From: Polyangiales bacterium
Lineage (GTDB): Bacteria > Myxococcota_A > Polyangia > Polyangiales > Ga0077539
Assembly (NCBI GenBank): GCA_044229975.1
Contig: JBGARZ010000022.1
Span: 1-64,000 of the forward strand
DNA: 64,000 bases
Reading direction: 5' to 3'
Positions 1 to 10,519 of the stretch are shown here, piece after piece. Numbering within the stretch: position 1 is the first letter of the stretch; each line of letters opens with the position of its first letter. The notes beneath the pieces are model-generated. The model saw only the letters and a list, made by a program, of their open reading frames with translations. It was not told where the DNA came from and made no database searches. Position numbers and translations under genes: made by a program.

Positions 1-72
1 TTGGCCCTCACCCCATCCTTTAATTGCCTGGGCTGAGTGCCAACGCCCGAACCCCAGCGACACGGCGGGACC

Positions 73-3000
73 ATGAACATCTCCGCCCCCTTCGTGCACC
101 GGCCCGTGGCCACGGCGCTTCTCGCGCTCGCGGTGCTGCTCGGGGGCATCGCCGCGTACACCCAGCTCCCCGTCGCGCCGCTGCCCCGCGTCGACTTCCC
201 TACGCTCTCCGTGAGCGCCTCGCTGCCCGGCGCCGCGCCCGAGATCATGGCCTCCGCCGTCGCCACGCCGCTCGAACGCCGCCTCGGCCGCATCCCCGGT
301 GTCACCGAGATGACCTCCAGCAGCTCGCTCGGGCAGACGAGCGTCACGCTCCAGTTCGACCTCAACCGCCGCGTCGAAGACGCCTCTCGCGACGTCCAGG
401 CCGCCATCAACGCCTCGCTCGGTGAGCTTCCTCCAGGGCTGCCCAACCGACCCAGCTTCCGCAACTTCAACCCCTCCGACGCGCCCATCATGATCGTTTC
501 GCTGGTGTCGGACTCGCTGCCGCTGCCGCAGCTCTTCGACCAGGCCAACACGGTGCTCGCCCAGCGCATCTCGCGCGTCGAAGGCGTCGGGCAGGTGATG
601 GTCGGCGGCGGCCAGCAACCTGCCGTGCGCGTGCAGGCCGACCCCGTCGCGCTCGCGGGCGTCGGGCTCTCCATGGAGGACGTCCGCACGGCGCTCGCGC
701 GCTCCACCGTCGACCAGGCCACCGGCTCCGTCGGCGACGGCGCGCAGACCCGCGCCATCGAGCCCACCGACCAGCTCTTCGGGGCCGCCGCCTTCGAGCC
801 GCTCGTGCTCGCGTGGCGCAACGGCGCGCCCGTCCGACTGCGCGACGTGGCCCGCGTGCTCGACGACGTGGAGAACAACCGCGCCGCCGCGTGGGCCAAC
901 GGCGAGCGCGCCGTGGTGCTCATCATCCGCAAGGAGCCCGGCGCCAACGTCATCGACGTCATCGCCCGCGTTCGCGCGCTGCTGCCCTCGCTCGCCAACT
1001 CCATCTCGCCGTCCATCCGCGTGGACGTCGCCGTCGATCGCGCCGTCACCATCCGCGCGTCGGTGCGCGAGGTCGAGGTCTCGCTCGTCATCAGCGTGGC
1101 GCTGGTGGTGCTGGTGGTGTTCGCGTTTCTGCGCAGCGCGCGGGCGACCGTCATCCCCTCCGTCGCGGTTCCGCTGTCGCTCGTCGGAACCTTCGGGCTG
1201 ATGCACCTCCTCGGCTACAGCCTCAACAACCTGTCGCTGATGGCCCTCACGGTCTCCACGGGCTTCGTCGTCGACGACGCCATCGTCGTCACCGAGAACG
1301 TCTCCCGCTACCTCGAAGAAGGCGCCACACCGGTCGAAGCCGCGCTCAAGGGCGCCAAGCAGATCGGCTTCACCATCGTCTCCATCACCGTGTCGCTGCT
1401 CGCGGTGTTCATCCCGATTCTGTTGATGGGCGGCATCGTGGGGCGCCTCTTCCGCGAGTTCGCCGTCACGCTCAGCCTCGCCATCGCCCTCTCCGCCGTC
1501 GTCTCGCTCACCGTCACGCCCGCGATGTGCGCGCGGCTGTTGCTCCCCGAGTCGTCGCAGCAGCACGGCCGCCTCTACCGCGTCTCCGAGCGCGCCTTCG
1601 AGCTCATGCTCAAGGGCTACGAGCACGGCCTCGACTTCGTCTTGCGCCACCGCAAGCTCACGCTGCTGGTCACCCTCGGGGCCGTCGGGCTCACGGTCTA
1701 CCTCGCGGCCATCATCCCCAAGGGGCTCTTTCCCCAGCAGGACACCGGGCAGCTCAACGGGTCGGCCGAGGCGCCGCAGGACGTCTCCTTCCTCACGACG
1801 CGCGACCGCCTCCAGAACGTCGCGCGCGCCGTGCTCACCGACCCCGACGTGTCCCACGCGGTGGCCTTCGTGGGCGGCGGCGGTGGCCGCGGGTCGTCGG
1901 GGTCGCTGTTCATCGAGCTCCGCGCGCAGCCCCAGCGCACGGCGAGCGCCGATGAGGTCATCGCGCGCCTGCGACGCACGCTCGGCCGGGTGCAGGGCAT
2001 CACGGTATTCCTCCAGTCGGTGCAGGACGTCCGCATCGGCGGGCGTTCGTCGCGCACGCAGTACCAGTACACGTTGGAAGACGCCGACCTCGACGAGCTG
2101 CGCGAGTGGTCGCCGCGCCTGCTCACGGCGCTGCGCGGCGTGCGCGAGCTGCGCGACGTGGCCACCGACCAGGAGAACGCCGGGCTCTCCTTGGCCATCG
2201 ACGTCGACCGCGACACGGCCGCGCGGCTAGGCGTCTCGATGCAGGCGGTGGACGAGACCCTGGGCGACGCGTTTGCGCAGCGGCAGGTGGCGATCACGCA
2301 CACCGAGGTCAACAACTACCGGGTGATTCTGGAGGCCCCGCCGTCGATGCAGCAGGGCCCGGAGTCCATCGAGCGGGTGTACGTGCGCGGGACGGGCGAC
2401 GCGCTCGTTCCGCTGGGGGCGATCGCGCGGGCGCGGCCTGGGTCGTTGCCGCTGTCGGTCAACCACCAGGGGCAGTTTCCGGCGGTGACGCTGTCGTTCA
2501 ATCTCGCGCCCGGCGTGTCGCTGGGGCAGGCGGTGGAGGCCATCAACGCGGCCGAGCGCAACATCGGGATGCCCGCCGGCGTGCGCGCGAGCTTTCGCGG
2601 GACGGCGCAGGCGTTTCAGGCGTCGCTGGAGAGCCAGCCGATGCTCATCCTCGCGGCGCTCATCACCGTGTATCTCGTGCTGGGGATGCTCTACGAGAGC
2701 CTCGTGCACCCGATCACGATCCTGTCGACGCTGCCGTCGGCGGGGGTCGGTGCGCTCGCGGCGCTGCTGGTGACGAAGACGGAGTTCAGCGTCATCGCGC
2801 TCGTCGGCGTCATCCTCCTCATCGGCATCGTGAAGAAGAACGCCATCATGATGATCGACTTCGCCCTGGAGGCGGAGCGCGACGAGGGGCTGTCGCCCGA
2901 GGCGGCCATCCACAAGGCGAGCCTGTTGAGGTTCAGGCCCATCATGATGACGACGCTGGCGGCGCTCTTGGGCGCGCTGCCGCTGGCGTTGGGGCACGGC

Positions 3001-3144
3001 ACCGGAGCGGAGCTGCGTCGACCGCTGGGCATCGCCATCGTCGGGGGATTGCTGGTGTCGCAGATGCTGACGCTGTTCACGACGCCGGTGATCTACCTGG
3101 CGCTCGACCGCTTCACGCGGCGCAAGGTGCGGCCGAAGGGGTAG
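73..3144 (+). CDS. mdtC: RND efflux transporter permease subunit, MdtC/MdtB-like (AcrB family)
   Basis: About 1020 aa. Starts MNISAPFVHRPVATALL; contains LPVAPLPRVDFPTL, GFVVDDAIVV, IGIVKKNAIMMIDFAL and LRFRPIMMTT motifs. Start moved to ATG 73. Confidence 0.9.
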   Translation: MNISAPFVHRPVATALLALAVLLGGIAAYTQLPVAPLPRVDFPTLSVSASLPGAAPEIMASAVATPLERRLGRIPGVTEMTSSSSLGQTSVTLQFDLNRRVEDASRDVQAAINASLGELPPGLPNRPSFRNFNPSDAPIMIVSLVSDSLPLPQLFDQANTVLAQRISRVEGVGQVMVGGGQQPAVRVQADPVALAGVGLSMEDVRTALARSTVDQATGSVGDGAQTRAIEPTDQLFGAAAFEPLVLAWRNGAPVRLRDVARVLDDVENNRAAAWANGERAVVLIIRKEPGANVIDVIARVRALLPSLANSISPSIRVDVAVDRAVTIRASVREVEVSLVISVALVVLVVFAFLRSARATVIPSVAVPLSLVGTFGLMHLLGYSLNNLSLMALTVSTGFVVDDAIVVTENVSRYLEEGATPVEAALKGAKQIGFTIVSITVSLLAVFIPILLMGGIVGRLFREFAVTLSLAIALSAVVSLTVTPAMCARLLLPESSQQHGRLYRVSERAFELMLKGYEHGLDFVLRHRKLTLLVTLGAVGLTVYLAAIIPKGLFPQQDTGQLNGSAEAPQDVSFLTTRDRLQNVARAVLTDPDVSHAVAFVGGGGGRGSSGSLFIELRAQPQRTASADEVIARLRRTLGRVQGITVFLQSVQDVRIGGRSSRTQYQYTLEDADLDELREWSPRLLTALRGVRELRDVATDQENAGLSLAIDVDRDTAARLGVSMQAVDETLGDAFAQRQVAITHTEVNNYRVILEAPPSMQQGPESIERVYVRGTGDALVPLGAIARARPGSLPLSVNHQGQFPAVTLSFNLAPGVSLGQAVEAINAAERNIGMPAGVRASFRGTAQAFQASLESQPMLILAALITVYLVLGMLYESLVHPITILSTLPSAGVGALAALLVTKTEFSVIALVGVILLIGIVKKNAIMMIDFALEAERDEGLSPEAAIHKASLLRFRPIMMTTLAALLGALPLALGHGTGAELRRPLGIAIVGGLLVSQMLTLFTTPVIYLALDRFTRRKVRPKG

Positions 3145-3205
3145 GCTGTCACCGCCAAGAGCGTCGGCTTGCACGGGACGGCGCGTTGCTCTACGACCCC
3201 TCTTC

Positions 3206-3622
3206 GTGCCGCAACGGGATCGCTATCACGCCCTCGTCAAGGCGGCCCTCGAAGCGGAAGGGTGGACGGTCACCCACGACCCCTACACGCTCCCGAGTGG
3301 TCGCCGAAACCTCTACGTCGATCTCGGCGCCGAGCGACTCATCGCCGCGGAGCGGGGTGGGGAGACGATTGCGGTCGAGATCAAGAGCTTCTTGCGTGAC
3401 TCAGAGGTGGCAGACCTCGAAGACGCGCTCGGTCAGTTCGTGCTCTATCGCGCAGCGTTACGTCGGCACGATCCCTCTCGTCGGCTGCTCGTGGCGGTGC
3501 CGCTCGACGCGTTCGAGAGCGTCTGGTCCGACGACGTCGGGCGTGACGTGATGGAGGATGAGAAGATCCCACTGTTGGTGTTCGATCCGAGCGAAGGAAC
3601 CATCAAGCGTTGGGTGCCATGA
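3206..3622 (+). CDS. xisH: XisH family protein (PD-(D/E)XK fold)
   Basis: RDRYHALVKAALEAEGWTVTHDPY, YVDLGAERLIAAER, IAVEIKSF and ALGQFVLYR are typical XisH motifs. Confidence 0.9.
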   Translation: MPQRDRYHALVKAALEAEGWTVTHDPYTLPSGRRNLYVDLGAERLIAAERGGETIAVEIKSFLRDSEVADLEDALGQFVLYRAALRRHDPSRRLLVAVPLDAFESVWSDDVGRDVMEDEKIPLLVFDPSEGTIKRWVP

Positions 3623-3945
3623 GCGACGACGTAGCGATCATCAAGCGCATCCTGGAGGGCTTCGCGTCCGTGAAGCCCGCCGTCGGCGACGTGGAGGTGG
3701 AGCTCGTCTGCGACGACGAGCGTGGCCACTACGAGCTCATGCAATGCGGATGGATGGGCATGCGGCGCGTGCATGGCAGCGTCATCCATATCGACCTTCG
3801 CGGAGACAAGGTGTGGATCCAACACGATGGCACCAACGCTCACGTGGCGGAGCAGCTCGTCGAGGCGGGCATTCCTCGCGAGCGCATCGTCCTGGGTTTC
3901 CACGCGCCCTACAAGCGAGGGCTCACGTCGTTCGCCGTGGGGTGA
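3619..3945 (+). CDS. xisI: XisI family protein
   Basis: DDERGHY, GWMGMRRVHGSVIHIDLRGDKVWIQHDGT, GIPRERIVLGFHAP. ATGA overlap with xisH. Confidence 0.9.
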   Translation: MSDDVAIIKRILEGFASVKPAVGDVEVELVCDDERGHYELMQCGWMGMRRVHGSVIHIDLRGDKVWIQHDGTNAHVAEQLVEAGIPRERIVLGFHAPYKRGLTSFAVG

Positions 3946-4075
3946 GCACGCGATCGGTGGCCGGCGTCGAGGTCCATCGCGGTGAGGCCGAACGCGTACC
4001 GGACGTCGCTGCGCGCCGCTTCGGTCGAACCGGTATCCTCATCAAGCACCGAGTCGGTTGCGGTGCGCGTGGAGG

Positions 4076-4543
4076 CTACGGCTCGCGGTGGTGCAGGAGC
4101 GGCGCGATGAGGGCAGCGGCGGCCTCCATCGTGGGCAGCTCGTGCACGGGCACGTCGCACGGCTTCAGGTCGAAGTGGCAGAGCGTCCCGATGGGGGAGC
4201 CGAGCTCGTCGCGCAGCAACACCCCACAGTAGGCGATCACCTGATCGCGGGCGGGGTGACCGTCGAGTCGCTGGTCGGCGCGCGTGTCGGGTGTGACGAA
4301 GGGGTGCTCCGTCGCGCCCACGATGGCGCAGTAGGTCTCGGCCATCGGAGGGTCATCGCCGCGACGAACGTCGGGGCTGAAGCTGTCGACCAGATGGACG
4401 CTCCGCAGGGTCGGCGGGTCGAAGCGATAGACGCCCGTGAAGCGGTGGGGCGCGCGACCGTTGAGGAAGCGCAGCGCCGCGTGGAGCCCATCGTCCCGGA
4501 GAATCGTCGCGAACGTTGCCACCGGGTCGCCGCTCTCCATCAC
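4076..4543 (-). CDS. GAF domain protein
   Basis: FLNGRAPHRFTGVYRF, ETYCAIV, AYCGVLLRDELGSPIGTLCHFD. Confidence 0.75.
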   Translation of the reverse strand: MMESGDPVATFATILRDDGLHAALRFLNGRAPHRFTGVYRFDPPTLRSVHLVDSFSPDVRRGDDPPMAETYCAIVGATEHPFVTPDTRADQRLDGHPARDQVIAYCGVLLRDELGSPIGTLCHFDLKPCDVPVHELPTMEAAAALIAPLLHHREP

Positions 4544-4944
4544 GCTCGTACTTCGGACACCGCTCCGCGCTTGACAAGGGAATTCGAGAGACCGCTATGG
4601 CGCGGTGGCGCGTCAGCAGTCGCCTCGAGTGTCGGCGCGTCGAGCATCGTTTCGAGTGGCGTCGCGCGATCGACGGCGACATCGAGCGGGGCGGGCGCGT
4701 CGGTCGGTACGTCGAGCGTCGGCGCGTCGTGCGCGATCACGACGTCGTGCGTGGTCGCGGAGTCGTGCGTCACGCTCGCGTCGTAGGCACGCGAGGTGGT
4801 TGTCGTGGGCCCCACCCGCGCGTCGCCCACGTGGGCGAGGGTGTCACGCGCAGGTTGCAGTTGGAGCGTGGCGACCGCGACAGCCGTCGAGGCCGACGTG
4901 CAGCCGAGCACCGCCGCGACGACGAGCAGCGTGCGAGGGATCAT
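4540..4944 (-). CDS. Hypothetical exported low-complexity protein
   Basis: MIPRTLLVVAAVLGC signal-like start, Asp/Ala/Pro/Thr-rich. 4-bp overlaps with both neighbours. Confidence 0.5.
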   Translation of the reverse strand: MIPRTLLVVAAVLGCTSASTAVAVATLQLQPARDTLAHVGDARVGPTTTTSRAYDASVTHDSATTHDVVIAHDAPTLDVPTDAPAPLDVAVDRATPLETMLDAPTLEATADAPPRHSGLSNSLVKRGAVSEVRA

Positions 4945-6314
4945 CGCCCGCAGTAGCGGTACGCCGCGCCGATGTCCGTGCGCGTCGCCACCGGTTGCAA
5001 CCCGACGTAGACGCAGCGCCCGTCGGTGGCGATGGCGTTGGGCACCACCCGGTACGTCGCCGCGTCGATGCCCGTCACAAACGACGTCCAGGTGCCGCCG
5101 TTGCGCGACCGGTAGATGGAGGTGCCGGTGACCATGAAGTTTTCGCCCCAGGGCGCGAGCACGATGTTGTGCACCCACACGGCGACGGAGCTGTGGTTGA
5201 AGTCGTCGCCCGCGAGCCCGAGGTCGGCGCGCACCCAACCGCGCACCGGGTCGCGGCGGTAGATCTTCGTGAGGTCGGCGTCGACGTTGCGGGAGAAGAG
5301 CGCGTCGCCCGCCTGCGTGAAGCCCACGCCGTAGGGGTTTCCGCGCGCCCCCCACGGGGCCGTGTCCACCGCGGTGAAGGTGCGGCCGTTGTCGAAGGAG
5401 TGCTGGAAGCTCTCGGTCTCGGCGCCCACGATCATCTCCTCGCCGGGCCCGACACCAACCGAGAACAAGAACCCGTAGCGCACCCCAGGACGTTCGGCGT
5501 CGAAGTCGTGGGCCACGGCGAAGGTGTCGCCGTGGTCGGTCGAGCGCAGCAGCGTGGCGGCCCATCCACCGGTCGCGAAGACGCTGCCGTCGCGCGCGAC
5601 GAGGAAGTCCGACGCGCTGCGGGTGTAGCCCGGCGAAGGGATGGTCGACCGAACCCACTGCCCCGTGGTGCGGTTGAAGCGGAAGATGGTCCCGGGCCCC
5701 GTCGCGCCGTACATCGCGCCCCAACAACCGAGGAGTGGCTCTCCGAGGTCGTTGACGCCGAGCGAGCTGAACAGGACGTTGGTGAGCCCCGTCGTCGGCA
5801 GGAGGTCGAAGACGTAGCGGCCGTCGCGGGCCGTGCCGCGGTAGACACCGACGCGGGAGCGCGCGACGTAGATGGTTCCGTCGGGGGCGGCGGAGAGGTA
5901 GGGGCCCCACTGCCAGAGGCCGTTGGCGAAGTCTCCGATGAGCTCCCATGCGCCGGGCGCGCCGCCGTCGCCGGGCACGGCCGGGACGTCGGCGACGGTC
6001 GGGACGTCTCGCGGCGCGCCTGCGTCGACGGTCGCGGGCGCATCGACGGTGGGGCCCGGAACATCGGCCGCGGGCACATCGGGTGTTGGCGACGGCGCGT
6101 CCACCGGTGCGACGTCGGCCGTCGATGAAGGGAGGTCGTCCGGTTGAACGTCGACCGTCGGCTGCGGGAGGTCGATGGCTGGTACGTCGGGCGCCGCGGC
6201 GTCCACGGCGTTTGCGGCGTCGCGAGGGGTGGTCGCAGGCGCGGAGCACCCGGCGGTGAGCAGCGCGGTGAGCGCAACGGACCCCAACCATCCCCGCGAC
6301 GGACGAGAGATCAT
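4941..6314 (-). CDS. Lipoprotein with BNR/Asp-box (sialidase-like) beta-propeller
   Basis: LLTAGC lipobox, DVP linker, Asp-box repeats RSTDHGDTF, HSFDNGRTF and RSRNGGTW. Confidence 0.7.
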   Translation of the reverse strand: MISRPSRGWLGSVALTALLTAGCSAPATTPRDAANAVDAAAPDVPAIDLPQPTVDVQPDDLPSSTADVAPVDAPSPTPDVPAADVPGPTVDAPATVDAGAPRDVPTVADVPAVPGDGGAPGAWELIGDFANGLWQWGPYLSAAPDGTIYVARSRVGVYRGTARDGRYVFDLLPTTGLTNVLFSSLGVNDLGEPLLGCWGAMYGATGPGTIFRFNRTTGQWVRSTIPSPGYTRSASDFLVARDGSVFATGGWAATLLRSTDHGDTFAVAHDFDAERPGVRYGFLFSVGVGPGEEMIVGAETESFQHSFDNGRTFTAVDTAPWGARGNPYGVGFTQAGDALFSRNVDADLTKIYRRDPVRGWVRADLGLAGDDFNHSSVAVWVHNIVLAPWGENFMVTGTSIYRSRNGGTWTSFVTGIDAATYRVVPNAIATDGRCVYVGLQPVATRTDIGAAYRYCGR

Positions 6315-6437
6315 GATCGCCGATCGTATCGAAGGTCGTCACCGACGGGTACGGTGGTGGGCCGATGGCAGCCCGGTGGCAGCGCGGCGGGGCCCGCGCT
6401 GCGGCGTGATACGACCGCCTTCAACGAGGTTGAGCCG

Positions 6438-7271
6438 ATGCCCGCGTTTGTCATCCACACGCTCGGAGACGCCCCCCACATCATCGAGTACGACACACCG
6501 CCGGTGCGCATCGGGCGCGACCCCGACAACGACGTCGTGCTCGCCGACGAGGCCGTGTCGCGCGAGCACGCCGCCTTCGTCATCGACGAACACGGCGCCT
6601 GGATGGCGTGCTGCGTCTCCGACACCAACCCCATCGTGGTGGACGGCGTGCTCGTCACCGGCGGCGCGCTCGTCACCGAGGGGAGCGAGGTGCTGGTCGG
6701 TGGCGAGCACCTGGTGATCTTCTCGAAGGACGAGAAGACCGCGCGACGCTACCTGGGCGCCAACGCGATGCTCTCCAAGCGCGAGTGCGCAGGCTGCCAC
6801 TGGGTCGGCGTCGTCAGCAACGTGCGGACGGCGGGCGCGTGTCCGCGCTGCGGGAGCACCCAGTTCGTCGAGCGCGTGAGCCTCGTGTCGGGCGGCGCGA
6901 AGTCGGCGAAAAACGCCGCGAGCACCAAGGCCCTCACCGCCAACGACGTGCGCGAGCAGTTTCGTCTCATGCAGGCGGCCAAGCGCAGCTACCTCGAACG
7001 CATCGACGGCAAGCAGGCGGGCGACCCGCGGCGGGAGCTGTCGGAGACGGTTCCGTTCGTGCTCAACGCGCCGACGGGGAACTCGTTCGAGCTGTCGGGG
7101 CTCGCGCGAGGGACGGTGTCCATCCGGTGGGGCGGAATGGGCTTCGTCGCCGAGAGCGCGATGACCTTCCCGAGCATGAAGGTCAACGGCGTCGAGAGCC
7201 GTCAGAGCCCGATCATGAGCGGCGACGTGATCGAGATCGGCTCCAACCGCTTCCGCCTCGTCACCACCTGA
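6438..7271 (+). CDS. FHA domain protein (N- and C-terminal FHA-like domains, central Zn ribbon)
   Basis: VRIGRDPDNDVVLADEAVSREHA; CAGC...CPRC; C-terminal KVNGV...SGDVIEIG. Confidence 0.75.
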   Translation: MPAFVIHTLGDAPHIIEYDTPPVRIGRDPDNDVVLADEAVSREHAAFVIDEHGAWMACCVSDTNPIVVDGVLVTGGALVTEGSEVLVGGEHLVIFSKDEKTARRYLGANAMLSKRECAGCHWVGVVSNVRTAGACPRCGSTQFVERVSLVSGGAKSAKNAASTKALTANDVREQFRLMQAAKRSYLERIDGKQAGDPRRELSETVPFVLNAPTGNSFELSGLARGTVSIRWGGMGFVAESAMTFPSMKVNGVESRQSPIMSGDVIEIGSNRFRLVTT

Positions 7272-7278
7272 ATCCGCG

Positions 7279-7632
7279 CTAGCAGCCGCTCCCGATGCAG
7301 CGCGGGGTGCACGTCTGGTTGTCCGTCGAGCTCCACGTCCGGGACTGGTAGCGCGGCGTCCACGTCTCGATGGTGATCACGGTGATGTCGAGGGCGCGGA
7401 TCTCCGCGCAGTGATCGGCCACGTACTGCCTCGCGCGGTCCACCGATTCGGTGTCCGCGCACGGGCTCAGCTTGAGGACGCCGCTGCCCTCGAACTTCAC
7501 GCGACACCCCGACGCCGCCGTCGCGAGGTTGGACTCCAGCCTCTTGCGACCGATCACGTTGCATCCCGTCGCACCAACCAGCAGCGAGAGCACCGCCACG
7601 CCGCACCACACCCGACCCATCGACCGCGTCAT
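7279..7632 (-). CDS. Small Cys-containing lipoprotein, hypothetical
   Basis: Hydrophobic leader ending LVGATGC. Confidence 0.55.
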   Translation of the reverse strand: MTRSMGRVWCGVAVLSLLVGATGCNVIGRKRLESNLATAASGCRVKFEGSGVLKLSPCADTESVDRARQYVADHCAEIRALDITVITIETWTPRYQSRTWSSTDNQTCTPRCIGSGC

Positions 7633-7737
7633 GAGACCTCCGCTGCGACCATCCCGACGCACCGCGCGTCGTGAACACAGCCTGCGGGAACCACCGCGCG
7701 GGACGCACCTCAACGCGCCTCAAGGCGCCTCAATGGT

Positions 7738-9339
7738 TCAGTACACGTACGAGTAGGCCGCGTAGCGAAACTCGCTCCACGCGCGCTCGCCCACCGCTGC
7801 GCCGGGGACGATGGCGTGCTCCACCGGGGCGTGGCGCACGCGCACCCTGATCGACGATCGCCCCGCCGTGAGCCTCGTCGGCACCAGGAACTCATCGTCC
7901 CGCCACCGCCGGTTGGAGGTCTGGATGGTCTGTTCGGCGGCCCCGAGCTCGGCGTCGGGGTTGGAGTACACGCAGCAGTACGCCGCGGTTGTCGGGGTCG
8001 ATCGCCAGTGTGAACTCCGACGTCCCGCGGGTGTGCCGCCCGGTGTCGGTGCGCTCGGGGTAGACGGGCGTCCCGTCGCGCAGGGTGTCGGGGCCGAGCT
8101 CGTAGCGGGAGGTGAGCGTGTCGATCGTCGGCGCCTCGGGTGAGGCGTAGCCGTGGCGCGCTTCGTCCGCGGTGTCGCCGACGTCGAGCCAGTCGGTGGG
8201 GACGAGGCAGGCGCCGGGGCGGCCGTACCAGTACGTGACCGTACGATAGTGCTCGGTGGAGTCGTTTTCGCCGCCGTGTTCGAGCTGGATGCGGGCGTTG
8301 CGGCCGAAGGGCATCGCGTCGGCGACGAGGAAGCGATAGGCCGACTCGATGAGGTCTTCCGCGTTGACGGCGGTGGTCGCATGGACCGCGCCCACCGGGT
8401 GTCCCGCGAGCGGGAGCGTCATGGTCTGGCCGCCCCAGTAGTCGCCGCCGCCGCCCCACTCCTCGGTGCCTGTCCCCTGTCCCTGCGGGCTCTCGCTGTC
8501 GTCGAAGAAGAAGCGCGGATCGCCCTCCAGCGTTCCCAGCACCGCGCGGTCGGAGAAGGTGAAGGAGGTGCCCATGAAGGCGCCGCACCACCCGTCGCCG
8601 GGCTCCGCGTTGGTCGTGTCGAGGAGCACGAGGTCGCGCCCCGCAACGGGTGCGACGTGGTCGACGTAGGTCGCGTGCAGGTAGGCGGTCGCGGCGCGCT
8701 CATGGGGCCACGGCTGCGTGCGGACCTGCCAGGCGACGCCGTCGATGGCTTCTCCCGCGCCGACGAGCTCGATGCGGGCGCGCTCGAAGAAGGGCATCGG
8801 GAGGTACATCGACAGGCGCACCGAGGTGGTGTCCTGGCAGATGTTGGTGAGGAGACCGCGCACGAGGCACTCGCGCTCGTCGCGGTTGAAGAGGGTTCCT
8901 GCGCCGAAGAAGAGCGCGATGGGTGCGTCGATGGAGGGGACGTTGAAGCCGTCCCAGGTGATGCGCAGGCGGGCGCGTCCGAAGGCCACCGCGCGACCGC
9001 GAGGGACGACGAAGCGCAGCGCGCGGATGGCCGACGCGCCGCCGCCGAGGGTGAGCACCGGGACGGGGCCGGTGGCGGGGAGGGTGAGGGTTCCTTCGCG
9101 GGGTTGCCGCCAGAGCGGTCGTAGGTGCTGCGAAGGTAGGTGCGCGTCCCGAGACGGATGAGCGGCAGGCGGTCCCAGCGGCGGTAGGCATCGAGGCCGA
9201 GCGCGAGCGCCGGGGGCGTGCGGGGGGCGTCCGTAGCGGCGTCGCGCGGGCCGCCATCGGCGGGGGGGTTGGTCGATGTGCACGCCGCGAGCAGGGTGAC
9301 GGGGAGGGCGGCGCTGGTGACCCGACGGGAGGTTCGCAT
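7738..9339 (-). pseudogene. DUF2961 (glycoside hydrolase 172-like) lipoprotein, broken by two frameshifts
   Basis: Lipobox plus STYDRSGGN in one frame; LRITWDG, LEGDPRFFFD, GTGTEEWGGGG and LEHGGEN in a second; C-terminus CVYSNP...AYSYVY out of frame with the middle. Breaks near 9103 and 7973. Confidence 0.75.
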
Positions 9340-9422
9340 CGCGAGCGAGGATGGTGTGCCGGGTTGCTCTGCGTCCGTCCAGGGCGTCAGACCGTCGGCT
9401 GTCATGGCGCGTCCATCGGGCG

Positions 9423-9788
9423 ATGAGATCAGGACGTGTGCTGGCGACGATGCTCGTGGCGACGATGGCCGCACCCGCCTGGGCGCAGCCGATCGCGGTG
9501 AGCGTCGTGCCCGCGGGCGATCCGACGGGTGCCGTGCGTCGTGCGCTGCCCGGGAGGCGCTTCGCGGCGTGTCAGGGGACGTGGAGCGGCGGCGTGGTGC
9601 AGCTCGTGGTGCGCGTCGAGGCGAGCGGGGCGATGGCGGTCGCCTCGGCGCGCAGCGGAGAGGAGACGTGGCCCTTCGTGGCGTGCGTTCGCGCGGTGGT
9701 GCGGCGCGCGAGGGTGGCTCCACGGGCGACGGCGTCGACCGTAGCGGTGCGGGTGCGTTTCCCGCCGCTGGGCGCGGGTCCGCCATGA
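9423..9788 (+). CDS. Exported protein, possible AgmX/PglI/TonB C-terminal-like domain
   Basis: Signal peptide (AAPAWAQ); FAAC...GVVQLVVRVEASG...VACV...VRFP pattern. Confidence 0.45.
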   Translation: MRSGRVLATMLVATMAAPAWAQPIAVSVVPAGDPTGAVRRALPGRRFAACQGTWSGGVVQLVVRVEASGAMAVASARSGEETWPFVACVRAVVRRARVAPRATASTVAVRVRFPPLGAGPP

Positions 9789-9838
9789 GCAACGCCAGCG
9801 GCAACGTCGCCCTGCGGTCGAGGGAGAGGTCGTACCGC

Positions 9839-10420
9839 TCACGTCGCAGCGTCGGCTGCGAGCAGGTCGCGCCACGGTCCGCTGCGTCCGCCCAGCAGCT
9901 CGATCTCGCGGAGCGCGGCGAGGTGCCTCGTAGTCGTCCCGGCAGCGGTCGCGTCAGCGAGCACGGCGACCTCGTAGCCCAGCGTGTGGGCTTCGCGCGC
10001 GGTGGCCATCACGCACCCGTTGGTGGTCACACCACCGAGCGCGATGCGACGTACGCCCGCAACGGTGAGGCGCGTGTGCAGGTCGGTCTCGCGGAAGGCC
10101 GAGTACCAGCCCTTGACGATGTGTGCGTCGGCGCCGCGCGCCTCGAAGAGCGGGCGCAGTGGAGCGAAGACCTCGATGCCCCAGGTTCCGGGAACGCAGC
10201 ACGGAGAGCCCACGTGTGTGAGCCCGCGAGAGCCCGGCGGCGCGTCGCCGTAGGCCGAGGTCACCCACACCACGGGCGAGCCGCGTCGTCGTGCGGCAAC
10301 GACCGCGCCGGTGAGCTCCTGCGCGAGTGACGCCGCGGCGAAGTGACGTCGCGAGAAGGCGCCGCCCTCGGCGAGGTAGTCGTTCTGCGGGTCGAGGACG
10401 AGGAGGGCGGTGAGTGACAT
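9839..10420 (-). CDS. Isochorismatase-family cysteine hydrolase
   Basis: TALLVLDPQNDY, KGWYSAFRETDL, GVTTNGCV. Confidence 0.9.
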   Translation of the reverse strand: MSLTALLVLDPQNDYLAEGGAFSRRHFAAASLAQELTGAVVAARRRGSPVVWVTSAYGDAPPGSRGLTHVGSPCCVPGTWGIEVFAPLRPLFEARGADAHIVKGWYSAFRETDLHTRLTVAGVRRIALGGVTTNGCVMATAREAHTLGYEVAVLADATAAGTTTRHLAALREIELLGGRSGPWRDLLAADAAT

Positions 10421-10519
10421 GGGCGGGCGCTCGGGGACGGGAGCGTTGCTACCGCGCGCCGATCGGTGAGACCAAGGGCGCCATCCGGGGCGTCACGCGG
10501 TGGTGCTAAGGCTCTCTCC

